Positions 29,780 through 39,959 of a stretch of 64,000 nt of DNA are shown here, piece after piece. How positions within the stretch are numbered: the stretch's first letter is position 1; each line of letters starts with the position of its first letter. This DNA comes from Bacilli bacterium (lineage in GTDB: Bacteria; Bacillota_I; Bacilli_A; RFN20; CAG-826), in assembly GCA_045628045.1 (NCBI GenBank), contig JAZQOV010000011.1:73470-137469 (forward strand). Direction: 5' to 3'. The position numbers and the translations under genes are program-made. The notes beneath the pieces were generated by a model. The model was not told the DNA's origin and made no database searches. It worked only from the letters and a program-made list of their open reading frames with translations.

Positions 29780-30520
29780 ATGAAAAACGGGAATCAAAGT
29801 TCAAAAAATAGTTTAAACTATATTTATGGGAGGTTATCTTCATTAAATTGTTTAAGCGTTAGCAAAGTAAAATCTGTTTATTTACAGAATAATTTTTCTG
29901 ATTCCAATATTTTGGCACTTATTTCCAAAAAAGGAATTAAACCAATTTATGTTGATGTTAATACATTAAACAAAATGACAAATAATGGGAATCATCAAGG
30001 AATTATTGTTGAGACATTTCCTCATGAATATTGTTCTGTAGATGAAATTATTAATAACCCTAAAAATAAAGAACAACCACTTATTCTTTTATTAGATGAA
30101 ATAGAAGATCCACAAAACTTTGGTGCAATTCTTCGTTCTGCAGACGCATTTGGTGTGGACGGAATTATTGTTAAAAATAAAAATCAAGTTCCATTAAACT
30201 GGACAGTTGCCAAAGTTTCAACTGGAGCAATTGAATACGTTAAAGTAGCTCAAGTATCTAATTTAAGTAATGTTATTAGAACATTAAAAGATAACGGTTA
30301 TTGGATTTATGCTGCTGATGGTTCTGCCGATACTTCATATGAAAAAGTGAACTATTCAGGCAAAGTAGCGCTTATCGTTGGTTCAGAAGGAAGAGGAATT
30401 TCAGAGCTAGTTATGAAAAATTCCGATTTCATTATCAAAATTCCAATGGTAGGACACGTGAACTCCTTAAATGTTTCAGTTTCAACTGGAATATTACTTT
30501 CTAGAATAAGAAATAAATAG
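29780..30520 (+). CDS. rlmB: 23S rRNA Gm2251 methyltransferase (SPOUT)
   Basis: NHQG, DPQNFGAILRSA, GSEGRG and SLNVSV; cysS synteny. Confidence 0.92.
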   Translation: MKNGNQSSKNSLNYIYGRLSSLNCLSVSKVKSVYLQNNFSDSNILALISKKGIKPIYVDVNTLNKMTNNGNHQGIIVETFPHEYCSVDEIINNPKNKEQPLILLLDEIEDPQNFGAILRSADAFGVDGIIVKNKNQVPLNWTVAKVSTGAIEYVKVAQVSNLSNVIRTLKDNGYWIYAADGSADTSYEKVNYSGKVALIVGSEGRGISELVMKNSDFIIKIPMVGHVNSLNVSVSTGILLSRIRNK

Positions 30521-30555
30521 ACTCTTTGCGAAAGCCCCTTTAGGAAGGAGGCTTT

Positions 30556-31164
30556 ATGGCTTTCCCCAATCTGGAGGCTCTTTTTTACATGGCTTCAAAG
30601 GGAGACAAAGAAGCATTTATTTTGTTGCACGAGGAGTACGTTAAAAAAGCACTTTTGATTATTCAAGATGCAACACATAACATGTCAAAATCCTTGGAAA
30701 TTCGTGTAGATTTTGATGATTTGATCGAAGATTCATTCATTAAAATTAATAATGATTATGATCCTCATAGAGGTTCATATACGTGGTTTATGAGACGTTA
30801 TTTAAGTTACAAAATATTGGACAGAATTAAAAATGCAAATACGTCAGGAAATTTTGAGGTTGATTCATTAGATGATGTCGATGAGACTGGAAAATCACAC
30901 GTTGAAAGTTTGGAAGATGTTGAACAATTACCAATAGGCACTCAAATTGCGATGAGTAATTTTAAATATCAAATTTCATCTCCTAAAGCCAGGCAAACAA
31001 GAAATGAGAAAGCACGTCAAAGAATCTTGCTTCTAAGATACGCTGGTTTTTCAGATCGAGAGATTTGCAAAGAGTTAAAAATGACTTTGGGTGTGTTTCG
31101 AGGTTTGATTAGAAAGATGGAAGAAGACGAGGAATTACTGAACTTTAAATTGGATTTGAAATAA
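30556..31164 (+). CDS. Divergent sigma-70 family alternative sigma factor (SigH/ComX-like position)
   Basis: GDKEAF..L region, YDPHRGSY, C-terminal HTH (GFSDREICKEL); lies between rlmB and rpmG. Confidence 0.65.
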   Translation: MAFPNLEALFYMASKGDKEAFILLHEEYVKKALLIIQDATHNMSKSLEIRVDFDDLIEDSFIKINNDYDPHRGSYTWFMRRYLSYKILDRIKNANTSGNFEVDSLDDVDETGKSHVESLEDVEQLPIGTQIAMSNFKYQISSPKARQTRNEKARQRILLLRYAGFSDREICKELKMTLGVFRGLIRKMEEDEELLNFKLDLK

Positions 31165-31197
31165 AGAAATGTTATTATAATAACACGAGGTATTTCT

Positions 31198-32022
31198 ATG
31201 TCAGAATGTAATCACGATTGCGCATCATGTTCTCAAGGCGATTGCGCATCACGAAAAATCGAGAAATTAAAACCAAACGAGAACACCACAATTAAGCATT
31301 GTTTTGCAGTCATTTCAGGCAAAGGTGGAGTTGGCAAGAGTCTTGTCACCTCTCTTTTAGCATCCGAAATGAACAAAAGAGGACACAGCGTTGCAATTAT
31401 CGACGCTGATGTAACTGGTCCTTCTATTCCACAAGCCTTTGGCTTAAAAGGAAAAATGGCCACTTCAGATGAAACTTGTATTTATCCAGTTTTATCAAAA
31501 CGCGGCGTTAAAATCATGTCTGCAAACTTACTAATGCCAGATGATGAATCACCAATTATTTGGAGAGGCCCAATGATTGCAGGATTTGTTAATCAACTTT
31601 ACACAGATGTTTGCTATGGCGATGTTGATTATATGTTTGTTGATATGCCTCCAGGAACAGGAGACGTTCCTTTAACAATTTTTCAACAATATCCAATTGA
31701 CGGAATTATCATTGTTACTTCACCTCAAGAATTAGTGTCAATGGTGGTCGCAAAATCAATTAATATGGCCAAAATGATGTATATCAACACCGTTGGAATT
31801 GTTGAAAATATGTCTTACATCAAATGCCCAAATTGTAATGAAAAAGTGCGTATTTTTGGGGATGAATCATCCAAAAAACGCATTGAAAAATCAGGCATAA
31901 AAGTTGTTGCAGAACTTGGTATTGATCCTGAAATCGCTAAGCTCGTTGATAAGGGCGAAATTGAGGAATATAAAACCTCAGATTTTGATGAATTAGTGTC
32001 ATTACTTGAACAATATAAGTAA
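31198..32022 (+). CDS. Mrp/ApbC/NBP35 Fe-S cluster carrier ATPase
   Basis: SGKGGVGKS, DADVTGPS, WRGP, DMPPGTGD and ENMSY..CPNC. Confidence 0.92.
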   Translation: MSECNHDCASCSQGDCASRKIEKLKPNENTTIKHCFAVISGKGGVGKSLVTSLLASEMNKRGHSVAIIDADVTGPSIPQAFGLKGKMATSDETCIYPVLSKRGVKIMSANLLMPDDESPIIWRGPMIAGFVNQLYTDVCYGDVDYMFVDMPPGTGDVPLTIFQQYPIDGIIIVTSPQELVSMVVAKSINMAKMMYINTVGIVENMSYIKCPNCNEKVRIFGDESSKKRIEKSGIKVVAELGIDPEIAKLVDKGEIEEYKTSDFDELVSLLEQYK

Positions 32023-32030
32023 GTCAAATA

Positions 32031-32059
32031 TTGACTTTAAACAATTGACCCTGTATGAT
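32031..32059 (+). promoter_or_regulatory. SigA promoter for rpmG-secE-nusG
   Basis: TTGACT-17 nt-TATGAT. Confidence 0.7.
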
Positions 32060-32093
32060 ATTGTGCAAAGATGTTGAATAGGATAACGTCAAA

Positions 32094-32240
32094 ATGAGAA
32101 AGAAAGTTATTTTAATTTGCCCTGAATGTCTTAGTAGAAATTACACTACTTCAAAGAAGGAAGGCGCAACAGAACGTCTTGAATTAATGAAATATTGCCC
32201 TCATTGTAATAAGCAAACTTTGCACAAAGAGAGCAAGTAG
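32094..32240 (+). CDS. rpmG: 50S ribosomal protein L33 (zinc-binding type); missing from the ORF track
   Basis: Translated by hand: [48 protein letters not shown]. Confidence 0.95.
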   Translation: MRKKVILICPECLSRNYTTSKKEGATERLELMKYCPHCNKQTLHKESK

Positions 32241-32246
32241 GAGGAA

Positions 32247-32453
32247 ATGACCATGGGTGTAAAAAAATATACAAAAGAAGTCATTAAAGAAGGCAAAAGA
32301 GTACGCTGGCCTAAGAGAGATGTTTTCTTAGTAGCTTTAGTTACAACAATTGTAATCTGCGTCTTCTGCGCTTTAGTCCTTAGAATAGAAGATTTAGTTT
32401 CTGGAGAACTCATTAAAGCATTGAAAGATGTCTTTAAAGACCTCAAGAAATAA
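32247..32453 (+). CDS. secE: Preprotein translocase SecE
   Basis: EGKRVRWP plus a TM helix; lies between rpmG and nusG. Confidence 0.9.
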   Translation: MTMGVKKYTKEVIKEGKRVRWPKRDVFLVALVTTIVICVFCALVLRIEDLVSGELIKALKDVFKDLKK

Positions 32454-33043
32454 TGGAGGATAAGAAAATGGCAGAATTAGGCGAAAAACACTGGTATATT
32501 GTCACAACTTATTCCCAACACGAAAGAAAAGTTGCAGACAACTTACTTAAAAGAATTGAGACACTTGGACTTGGTGATTTTATCACCAATGTTTTAGTCG
32601 CTGAACAAGAAGTTGTTATGATGGATAGAGAAACCGGTTTGCCACTTGTTGATAAGTCCGGAAAAACAAGAACAAAGATGAAAAATCTCTACCCAGGAAA
32701 CATCTTTGTTGAGATGATTATGACCGATAAAGTCTGGTATTATGTAAGAAATACTCCAGGAGTTACTGGTATTGCTGGATCTGCTGGTGGTGGTCAAAAA
32801 CCAACCCCAGTTACAAAGGAAGAAATCGAGCCAGTTCTCAAACGTATGGGCGTCGTTGATCAATCAATGTACGAACATTATAACGTTGGTGATGCGGTCA
32901 GAGTTATCAGCGGTCCACTTGAAGGTACCGAAGGTAAAATCGTTTCTATCAACAAAGAAACAGGTGCTTGCAAAGTTGAAACAGTCTTCTTTGGTAGAAG
33001 CACAATGGTCGATGTAGATTTCTCAGAAATTGAGAGATTGTAA
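32453..33043 (+). CDS. nusG: Transcription termination/antitermination factor NusG
   Basis: WYIVTTYS, VRNTPGVTG, KOW motif GDAVRVISGP and FGR. Confidence 0.95.
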   Translation: MEDKKMAELGEKHWYIVTTYSQHERKVADNLLKRIETLGLGDFITNVLVAEQEVVMMDRETGLPLVDKSGKTRTKMKNLYPGNIFVEMIMTDKVWYYVRNTPGVTGIAGSAGGGQKPTPVTKEEIEPVLKRMGVVDQSMYEHYNVGDAVRVISGPLEGTEGKIVSINKETGACKVETVFFGRSTMVDVDFSEIERL

Positions 33044-33170
33044 TCACCGATAATTAACATTTGGTTTTTACTACTTTGAACTTTTTATATTAAAAATTAT
33101 AAAAATATATAGATTATTTAAATAAAGTAGTGTAAAATAAAGAAAATTTCCAAAGGAGGAAATTAAAACA

Positions 33171-34355
33171 ATGAAAAAAATAGGAAAACTTATTTATTGT
33201 GCATTAGGTGCTGCATTAGTCCTTACTGGATGTGGCAAGAAAGATAGCAAAGGCGAAAAAAAATTCGGTGTTAAATCTGAAGAATCTTACTATTATGTTT
33301 ATTCAACTCTAGCTTGTGAGCAACATAACATTATTTCAACGGATACTTCTGGTTTAAATGATCAATATCGTACGGAGTATGAGTATGATAAAAATCATAA
33401 TGTAGTTAAAGAAAAATACTTGGAATATTCAACTGAAATTTTCGATTATTATGTGTATTCTGAGGGATTATTCGAATATGACGAAAAAGGAAATATGACT
33501 TGCGAAGAATATTTCGACTATGATTTAGAAGGCGAAGTTACTGGCCGCTGCAAATATGTTTATTCAAAATTCGATGACCATGGTTATTATCAAGAATATA
33601 GATATTACGAATATTCAAGCGACGACAAATTCACAAAACCTTATCTTAGTAGTTACAATGAATACAGTTTTGAATACGATGAAAATGGTAATATGACCAA
33701 AGAAACATATATAAATAGATATGGTGACACTTACATTTCTCTTTACACTTACGATGAATTGGGTAGAGAACTTACCTATATGTACTCTGGTAATATCGAA
33801 AACTTCCACGATGGTTATTCATTCTATGAAAAAACCGTTTATACTTATTTTGAAGGAAGCGATTCAAACGAATATAAAACTTGCACTTATTACTACTTTG
33901 AAAATGGCGTTTGGGTTGAAAGTATTAGATATGAAGCTGAAATGGATGAAGAAGGCTATATTTACAAAGAATCATCAATTTATGGCGATGTAGTGACTTA
34001 TTATTGGGAAGTTGAAAAAGTTTCTGACACAGAAATTGTTGAAAAAGCATATGAATTAGACAGCTATGACGCAGAAACAAAAGAAGCAACATACATTCTT
34101 GATTATAAGAACGAAGTCGAATATCGAAATCACGAAGAATTACTTAACGATGGCGATGTAGTTAGCAGAACATATAAAGAATATTATGAAGGCGGAGAAA
34201 GAATTAGTTATATGTTCAAATTTGATTGTTCTTATGACGAAAACGGAAATTACCTCGGCCGCGAAAGACTTTACTACACAGGTTCAGATTCTACATACAA
34301 TGATTTATCATTAATTGCCGTCTATTATGAATCTTTAGAATATATCGAATTTTAG
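33171..34355 (+). CDS. Tyr/Glu-rich lipoprotein with YD-like repeats
   Basis: Lipobox LTGC; recurrent EYD(E/K)xGN and YTYDELGR. Confidence 0.7.
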   Translation: MKKIGKLIYCALGAALVLTGCGKKDSKGEKKFGVKSEESYYYVYSTLACEQHNIISTDTSGLNDQYRTEYEYDKNHNVVKEKYLEYSTEIFDYYVYSEGLFEYDEKGNMTCEEYFDYDLEGEVTGRCKYVYSKFDDHGYYQEYRYYEYSSDDKFTKPYLSSYNEYSFEYDENGNMTKETYINRYGDTYISLYTYDELGRELTYMYSGNIENFHDGYSFYEKTVYTYFEGSDSNEYKTCTYYYFENGVWVESIRYEAEMDEEGYIYKESSIYGDVVTYYWEVEKVSDTEIVEKAYELDSYDAETKEATYILDYKNEVEYRNHEELLNDGDVVSRTYKEYYEGGERISYMFKFDCSYDENGNYLGRERLYYTGSDSTYNDLSLIAVYYESLEYIEF

Positions 34356-34369
34356 TAAATTAGAAAATA

Positions 34370-34398
34370 AAAGAAGCGTTTAGGCGCTTCTTTTTTTA
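34370..34398 (+). terminator. Intrinsic terminator
   Basis: aaagaagcg..cgcttcttt followed by a T tract. Confidence 0.8.
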
Positions 34399-34445
34399 TT
34401 GAAAAAGAAAATAACTTTGTTAATATATAATAGAAGGAGTTTAAT

Positions 34446-35561
34446 ATGAAAATTAAAAATTTTTTATTAGCGCTTGGTTCCATATCTTTGTTAGTTTCTT
34501 GTAAAAATAAAGAACCAAAGAAAATTTATTTAGTTTCATTTGATAGATATCAACAAGTTGGTCATGAAGGAGAACTTGTTAATTCTGATCGTACTGAATA
34601 CAGTTATGATGAAAGAGGCAATTGTATTGAAGAAAAACAAATTGCCTTAATTCATAATGAATTAGCTGAAAGTGAAGAAGAAGCTATAAAAGAAGTTGTT
34701 GTTGCTCTTTCTAAGAGTACTTATGATGAAAACAACAATGAAATTGCTTATGATTCAGCTCAATTCCATACAAGCAGCGGAGAGCAATATTATAGATATG
34801 GTCTTGAATGGGAAATGGATGAAGATGGTAATTTACTTAAAGAAACCACTCTTTATTATGTAGCTCCATATGAAGAACCTGATGAAATCTATGAAACTGT
34901 CTATTATTATAATAATAGTGGCGTTCGTATTAAAGCGATAAGCTCTTATAATGGCGAACCATATGAACAAACCGATTACACCTATAATAGAGATGGTTTA
35001 CTTGCTGCTAAGTACATTGGCAATATTTATGAAGGCGAATTATATCCTTCTAGAAAATATGGCTATCTTTATTATGAAGGAACCAATCTTTATAAATACA
35101 CCTTTGCTTACACTTATAGTGGTGATGATTACAGTGTTGTTTCAAAAGACTATTTTGAATATGACGAAAATGGTTTCCAAACATTGTATGAAACATACGA
35201 AGGTGACGAACTCGTTGGTTCTTTAGAAACCGTATTCACATCAGAAGTTTCTTATAAACAAATTGTTAAGATGGAACGACCAGACACTCCATTTGGTGTA
35301 ATTAGTACCACTGAATTTACATTCAAAAATCATAAAGCAATGTTAAATGATGACAGAGAACAACTTGTTTCCACAGTTGAATTGGATTTTGATGGTTATT
35401 ATTCATTTACACTTCCATATTCAAAAATTGTATATAACTATAGTTACAATAATGGAGAATGTGTTGAAAGAACAATTGAATCAACATATTACAATTATGG
35501 CACTGAGGAAGAAAATAGTTACTACCTCACTAAAGAAGTCTATCATTACGCCGAATTATAA
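34446..35561 (+). CDS. Second Tyr/Glu-rich YD-like repeat lipoprotein
   Basis: Lipobox LVSC; YSYDERGN, YDENNN and EYDENG. Confidence 0.7.
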   Translation: MKIKNFLLALGSISLLVSCKNKEPKKIYLVSFDRYQQVGHEGELVNSDRTEYSYDERGNCIEEKQIALIHNELAESEEEAIKEVVVALSKSTYDENNNEIAYDSAQFHTSSGEQYYRYGLEWEMDEDGNLLKETTLYYVAPYEEPDEIYETVYYYNNSGVRIKAISSYNGEPYEQTDYTYNRDGLLAAKYIGNIYEGELYPSRKYGYLYYEGTNLYKYTFAYTYSGDDYSVVSKDYFEYDENGFQTLYETYEGDELVGSLETVFTSEVSYKQIVKMERPDTPFGVISTTEFTFKNHKAMLNDDREQLVSTVELDFDGYYSFTLPYSKIVYNYSYNNGECVERTIESTYYNYGTEEENSYYLTKEVYHYAEL

Positions 35562-35578
35562 TTCTTTGAATTATTATG

Positions 35579-35604
35579 AAAATCGCCTTAATTGGCGATT
35601 TTTT
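35579..35604 (+). terminator. Intrinsic terminator
   Basis: aaaatcgcc-ttaatt-ggcgatttttt. Confidence 0.8.
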
Positions 35605-35664
35605 CTTGTCGGACATTCTAAATATAGATTTACTATATAATTTTTTCTAATTAATATATATAGT

Positions 35665-36426
35665 ATGTACCCAGAATTATTTAGGATTAGAGATTTCACT
35701 ATATCGAGTTACAGCATTTGCTTGATTCTAGGAATTGTTTTAGCTTTTATTATTGCTCTAGTTTATATAAAAAAACGTGGAATAAATAAGGCTGGTTTTA
35801 TAGATATTGGAATTTGCAGTTGTTTTTCAATTGTTTTTGGCCTAATTTTTTCAATTCTTTTTGAAAATCTTTATGAATTTATCGAAAAAGGCAAATCTTA
35901 TACCTGGACATGGGGTATGACATTTTTTGGCGGATTATTTGGTGGTATAATAGGCTTCATTGTCATATATCTTTTTTTAAAACAGGATAAAAATTTTAAC
36001 ATCTTAGAAATATTAAAGGTGGCTCCAGTTTCTATTAGCGCTGCTCATGCACTTGGAAGAATTGGATGTTTTTTAGCTGGCTGTTGTTATGGAAAGCCAA
36101 CAGATTCATGGATTGGTTTGCCTTGTTCACATGCTAATCCAGGACTTAATGTTATTCCGGTTCAATTAATTGAAGCTTTCTTTTTAGCAACTATCTCATT
36201 AATCATGGGGATACTTCTTTTTAAGAAAAATTTTTCATATAATTTTGTTTTTTATATGGCAACATATTCGGTATTTAGATTTATTATCGAGTTTTTTAGA
36301 GATGATCCTAGAGGTGTGTTTGGGGTTCTTTCTCCATCTCAAATATGGAGCATTTTAATGTTTTTTGGAGCGCCAGCAGTTTTTTTCCTATTAAGGAAAT
36401 TTGAAAACAATCATGAGTCGAAATAA
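35665..36426 (+). CDS. lgt: Prolipoprotein diacylglyceryl transferase family
   Basis: GMTFFGGL, GRIGCFLAGCCYG, PVQLIE and RFIIEFFRDD. Confidence 0.88.
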   Translation: MYPELFRIRDFTISSYSICLILGIVLAFIIALVYIKKRGINKAGFIDIGICSCFSIVFGLIFSILFENLYEFIEKGKSYTWTWGMTFFGGLFGGIIGFIVIYLFLKQDKNFNILEILKVAPVSISAAHALGRIGCFLAGCCYGKPTDSWIGLPCSHANPGLNVIPVQLIEAFFLATISLIMGILLFKKNFSYNFVFYMATYSVFRFIIEFFRDDPRGVFGVLSPSQIWSILMFFGAPAVFFLLRKFENNHESK

Positions 36427-37138
36427 TTTATCTGATTTTTTACTTATACTATTTTTATCAATTGCTTTAGGCTGTTTGCCTATTAATTTAATTACTAGCA
36501 ATGAAATACTTATAGTTTCATTTCAAATAGTGCTGCAAATAGGTTATTTTTTGTTTATTTTCTTTTACACTCCTAAAAAAACAATGCTTAAGATGAAACA
36601 AAGCCGAATCAATATAAAATACACCTTGCTTTTGATTCCTGTACTTATTATATGTTTTTCTAATTTATTTTATGGTTTATTTTGTGGCGAAAGCTTTGTG
36701 GTTGAATTTAACACTTTTACTCTTTTAAGAATTTTTCTAACGATATTTATTGCTATAAATGAGGAATTGCTTTATAGACTAATTCTTATATCTAATTTAG
36801 AAAAAGGTAATAAGTTTCGAAAAATAATTGTTAGCTCGTTAGTCTTTTCGATAGTTCATTTGACTATTTTCTTTTCCAGTTTTAATTTAGTTGATTTAAT
36901 CGTTCCGTGCTATACATTTTTCTTAGGTATAATTTTAGGGGCAACATATTTTTTAACAAATTCAATAATTCCTTGCATAACAATTCATTTTCTTTTTAAT
37001 TTGTTCAATAGCATTATTTTCCAGATAAGTATTAAAGACTTTGTTAGCTATATTATTATTAGTATTCTAGTAGGGCTTATTTCTTTTCTTTATTTATTTC
37101 TTGTTGTGTTTTTTAAGAATAAAAAAAGAAAACAATAA
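36413..37138 (+). CDS. CPBP (CAAX/Abi) intramembrane protease
   Basis: EELLYR, FSIVH and IHFLFN motifs; ATG at 36413 preferred over the track's TTG. Confidence 0.85.
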   Translation: MSRNNLSDFLLILFLSIALGCLPINLITSNEILIVSFQIVLQIGYFLFIFFYTPKKTMLKMKQSRINIKYTLLLIPVLIICFSNLFYGLFCGESFVVEFNTFTLLRIFLTIFIAINEELLYRLILISNLEKGNKFRKIIVSSLVFSIVHLTIFFSSFNLVDLIVPCYTFFLGIILGATYFLTNSIIPCITIHFLFNLFNSIIFQISIKDFVSYIIISILVGLISFLYLFLVVFFKNKKRKQ

Positions 37139-37233
37139 TAAAATCAATCGGAAGTTTAATTTCAAATAGATACCAATGATTTATTTTAAATAAAAATTTA
37201 AATGGTATAATAATATTTGAAGGTGTAAATAAC

Positions 37234-39063
37234 ATGTATAAACTTGGAATGATGACCGAATATGTTTCAAGATTCGGTGACACTAATTTTTGTTTAGACA
37301 CAATTAAAAAACTTGGTTTTGATTGCGCTGATTTAACATTATATGGTTGTAAGCAATGGAACAAATTGCTACCAGAATTTTTAGATAAAAACTACAAAGA
37401 AAACATTTTAAAAATAAAGGAACACGCAAAGAAAATTGGTTTTCAAATTTTGCAAGCCCACGCCCCATTTCATGTTTATAAAGAAGGCGATGATGAGTAT
37501 AACAAAAATATGTTTTTTCAATTAGAAAGAAGCATTGAAATTTGCGGCCTTCTTAATATACCAAAATTAGTTATTCATCCATGGAATGATTGGACCATAG
37601 AAGAAAATAAAGCTTTTTATGAAAAATTGCTTCCTTTGGCTGAAAAAAATAATGTAATTATATGTTCTGAAAACATGTGGAATTGTACACGCGTTAATGG
37701 CGTTTTTAAGGCTTTGCCGTGCGCTTGCTCATTAACAGGGAACTTCAAGGAACAAATAGATGCAGTTAATAGTCCCTATTTAAAAGCATGTGTTGATGTT
37801 GGACATGCTCAAATGTTTTCGTATTTGGGCGTGAAACCTGAAACAATGATTGAAGAAATGGGTAATCGTGTTAGTTGTTTGCATCTACATGATAATAATT
37901 CAATAGAGGATGAACATAAAATTCCTTATACTGGCGATATTAATTGGGAACATGTTATTAAGTCACTGAGAAAAATTAATTATAAGGGTGATTTAATCAT
38001 TGAAACATGTTTGCCTGAACAATATGATACCTTTGAGAAAAGCTGCGAATATTGGAAGAAACAACTACTCGCCGGCATGAAGCTAAAACGCGCCATTATG
38101 GATGGACAATACCATTTAATGGAAAATGAAAACGGTTTGAAGTTAACCACAACAAATTTGGGTGCGTCATTGTATGAAATCATTTTTAATGATGAAGTAA
38201 TGACCTTTAACGTTGAAAATAAAGATGAGTTTTTTAGAGACAAATTATTTTTTGGAAAAACAATTGGAAGATTTGCTAATCGTATTCCGGGGAATGAAAT
38301 TGTTGTTGAAGGTCATTCCTATTTGTTAGAGGATAACGGAAATGGCAATGTACTTCATGGTGGTCAGTCCGGTATCTCAACAAAAGTTTTTGATACAATC
38401 GCATTTAATGAAGATAAGGGAGATTATTACGAAACAAAATATACTTATATTTCACCAGAGTTAGAAAGCGGTTTTCCAGGCGAATTAAAATTTGATGTTA
38501 CTTATAAACTTTTTAAAAAGGAAAATCGAATTGATTTGATTTTTACTGGGGAAACTAGATATCATCCAACTCCATTTTCTCCCACAAATCACGCGTATTT
38601 TTGCTTAGGCGATGATTCTAACCTTAATCTAGAATTAAAAATCAACGCTTCAAATTTTTTATTAACCCAATCTTCAAATTTACTTCCTATAGAAAAGTCA
38701 AAAGTTTATCCTTGTTTAGATTTTAGGAATTATAAAGTTATTAACGATAGTATTAACGATCCATTTTTAGTTAATCATATTTCAAATGGTTATGACCATT
38801 ATTTTTATTTTGATAATGTTGATTCTAGAATTATTCAAGTTTCTTTAAGAAATAACAAATATCAATTAGATATCAAAACCGATTACGAAGGATTGCAAAT
38901 TTATAGTGATAACTATGAAAGTAATTTAAAATCCAAAACAACAAACAAAACAATACATCGCGGACTAGCACTTGAACCTGGTATGAATTTAACTGATTTA
39001 CATTTCTTATATCCAGGTGATAAAAAGGAAAATATAATAACTTATTTATTTAAAAGAAGATAA
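37234..39063 (+). CDS. Fusion of a TIM-barrel sugar isomerase/epimerase and an aldose 1-epimerase (GalM-like)
   Basis: N-half: ENM, DVGH, LHLHDN, E. C-half: GRFANRI, LHGG, GFPG, TNHAYF, GYDH, LQIYS. Confidence 0.85.
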   Translation: MYKLGMMTEYVSRFGDTNFCLDTIKKLGFDCADLTLYGCKQWNKLLPEFLDKNYKENILKIKEHAKKIGFQILQAHAPFHVYKEGDDEYNKNMFFQLERSIEICGLLNIPKLVIHPWNDWTIEENKAFYEKLLPLAEKNNVIICSENMWNCTRVNGVFKALPCACSLTGNFKEQIDAVNSPYLKACVDVGHAQMFSYLGVKPETMIEEMGNRVSCLHLHDNNSIEDEHKIPYTGDINWEHVIKSLRKINYKGDLIIETCLPEQYDTFEKSCEYWKKQLLAGMKLKRAIMDGQYHLMENENGLKLTTTNLGASLYEIIFNDEVMTFNVENKDEFFRDKLFFGKTIGRFANRIPGNEIVVEGHSYLLEDNGNGNVLHGGQSGISTKVFDTIAFNEDKGDYYETKYTYISPELESGFPGELKFDVTYKLFKKENRIDLIFTGETRYHPTPFSPTNHAYFCLGDDSNLNLELKINASNFLLTQSSNLLPIEKSKVYPCLDFRNYKVINDSINDPFLVNHISNGYDHYFYFDNVDSRIIQVSLRNNKYQLDIKTDYEGLQIYSDNYESNLKSKTTNKTIHRGLALEPGMNLTDLHFLYPGDKKENIITYLFKRR

Positions 39064-39077
39064 TTGGAGACAACATT

Positions 39078-39959
39078 ATGGGAAAGATTTACATTTTGGG
39101 CTCAATTAATACCGATTTAGTTATTGGCACTTCTATAATGCCTAATGAAGGAGAAACAATAACGGGAAAAGATTTTTTCTCTGCTCATGGAGGCAAAGGA
39201 GCCAATCAGGCAGTGGCCGCTGCAAGACTTGGTGGGAATGTTAAGTTTTGTGGTAAAGTAGGTGATGATGTCTTTGGAGACGATGCTTATAATTCTTTAA
39301 AAAACGAAAGAATTGATGTATCTTGCGTAAAAAAAGTTAAAGGAGTTGCAACAGGAACAGCGATTATTATTGTTTCTAATGGAGACAATAGAATAATCTT
39401 AGATCCGGGCGCAAATGCGAAAGTAAGCAAGACTGACGTTGATGAGTTTCTTTCCGACGCAAAAGAAGGCGATATATTTTTAACTCAATTAGAGATTCCA
39501 ATAAGTATTGTTGGCTATGCATTAGAAAAAGCAAAAAACAAAAAAATGTTTGTTGTCTTAAACCCGGCTCCTGCAAATAAGGAAGTAATAAAATATTTAA
39601 AATATTGTGATTTAATAACTCCAAATGAAGGCGAATCAAATCTTCTGGGAGGTGTTGAGAAATTGCTAAAAGAAATTCCAAATGTACTTGTAACATTGGG
39701 CGGCAAGGGCTTCGCAATATATGAAGAAAATAAATGCAAAAAATACCCATGTATGAAAATTAAACCAGTTGATACAACAGCGGCCGGAGACACTCTTTGC
39801 GGTGGACTTGTTGCTATGTATTCTTTAGGAAAATCATTGGAAATTTCCGCAAAATTTGGCTCAAAAGCGGCTTCAATTGCATGCACAAGACCAGGAGCTC
39901 AACCATCAATTCCTTTCCTCAATGAGGTATCCATTAATATAGATGAATTCACTAAGTAA
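39078..39959 (+). CDS. rbsK: Ribokinase
   Basis: GSINTD, GGKGANQAVAAARLG, PNEGE and DTTAAGD. Confidence 0.9.
   Translation: MGKIYILGSINTDLVIGTSIMPNEGETITGKDFFSAHGGKGANQAVAAARLGGNVKFCGKVGDDVFGDDAYNSLKNERIDVSCVKKVKGVATGTAIIIVSNGDNRIILDPGANAKVSKTDVDEFLSDAKEGDIFLTQLEIPISIVGYALEKAKNKKMFVVLNPAPANKEVIKYLKYCDLITPNEGESNLLGGVEKLLKEIPNVLVTLGGKGFAIYEENKCKKYPCMKIKPVDTTAAGDTLCGGLVAMYSLGKSLEISAKFGSKAASIACTRPGAQPSIPFLNEVSINIDEFTK

Noticed and set aside
33171-35561. RHS polymorphic toxins
   Set aside because: Too short, lipid-anchored, and lacking the DPxG core end, toxin tip and immunity gene
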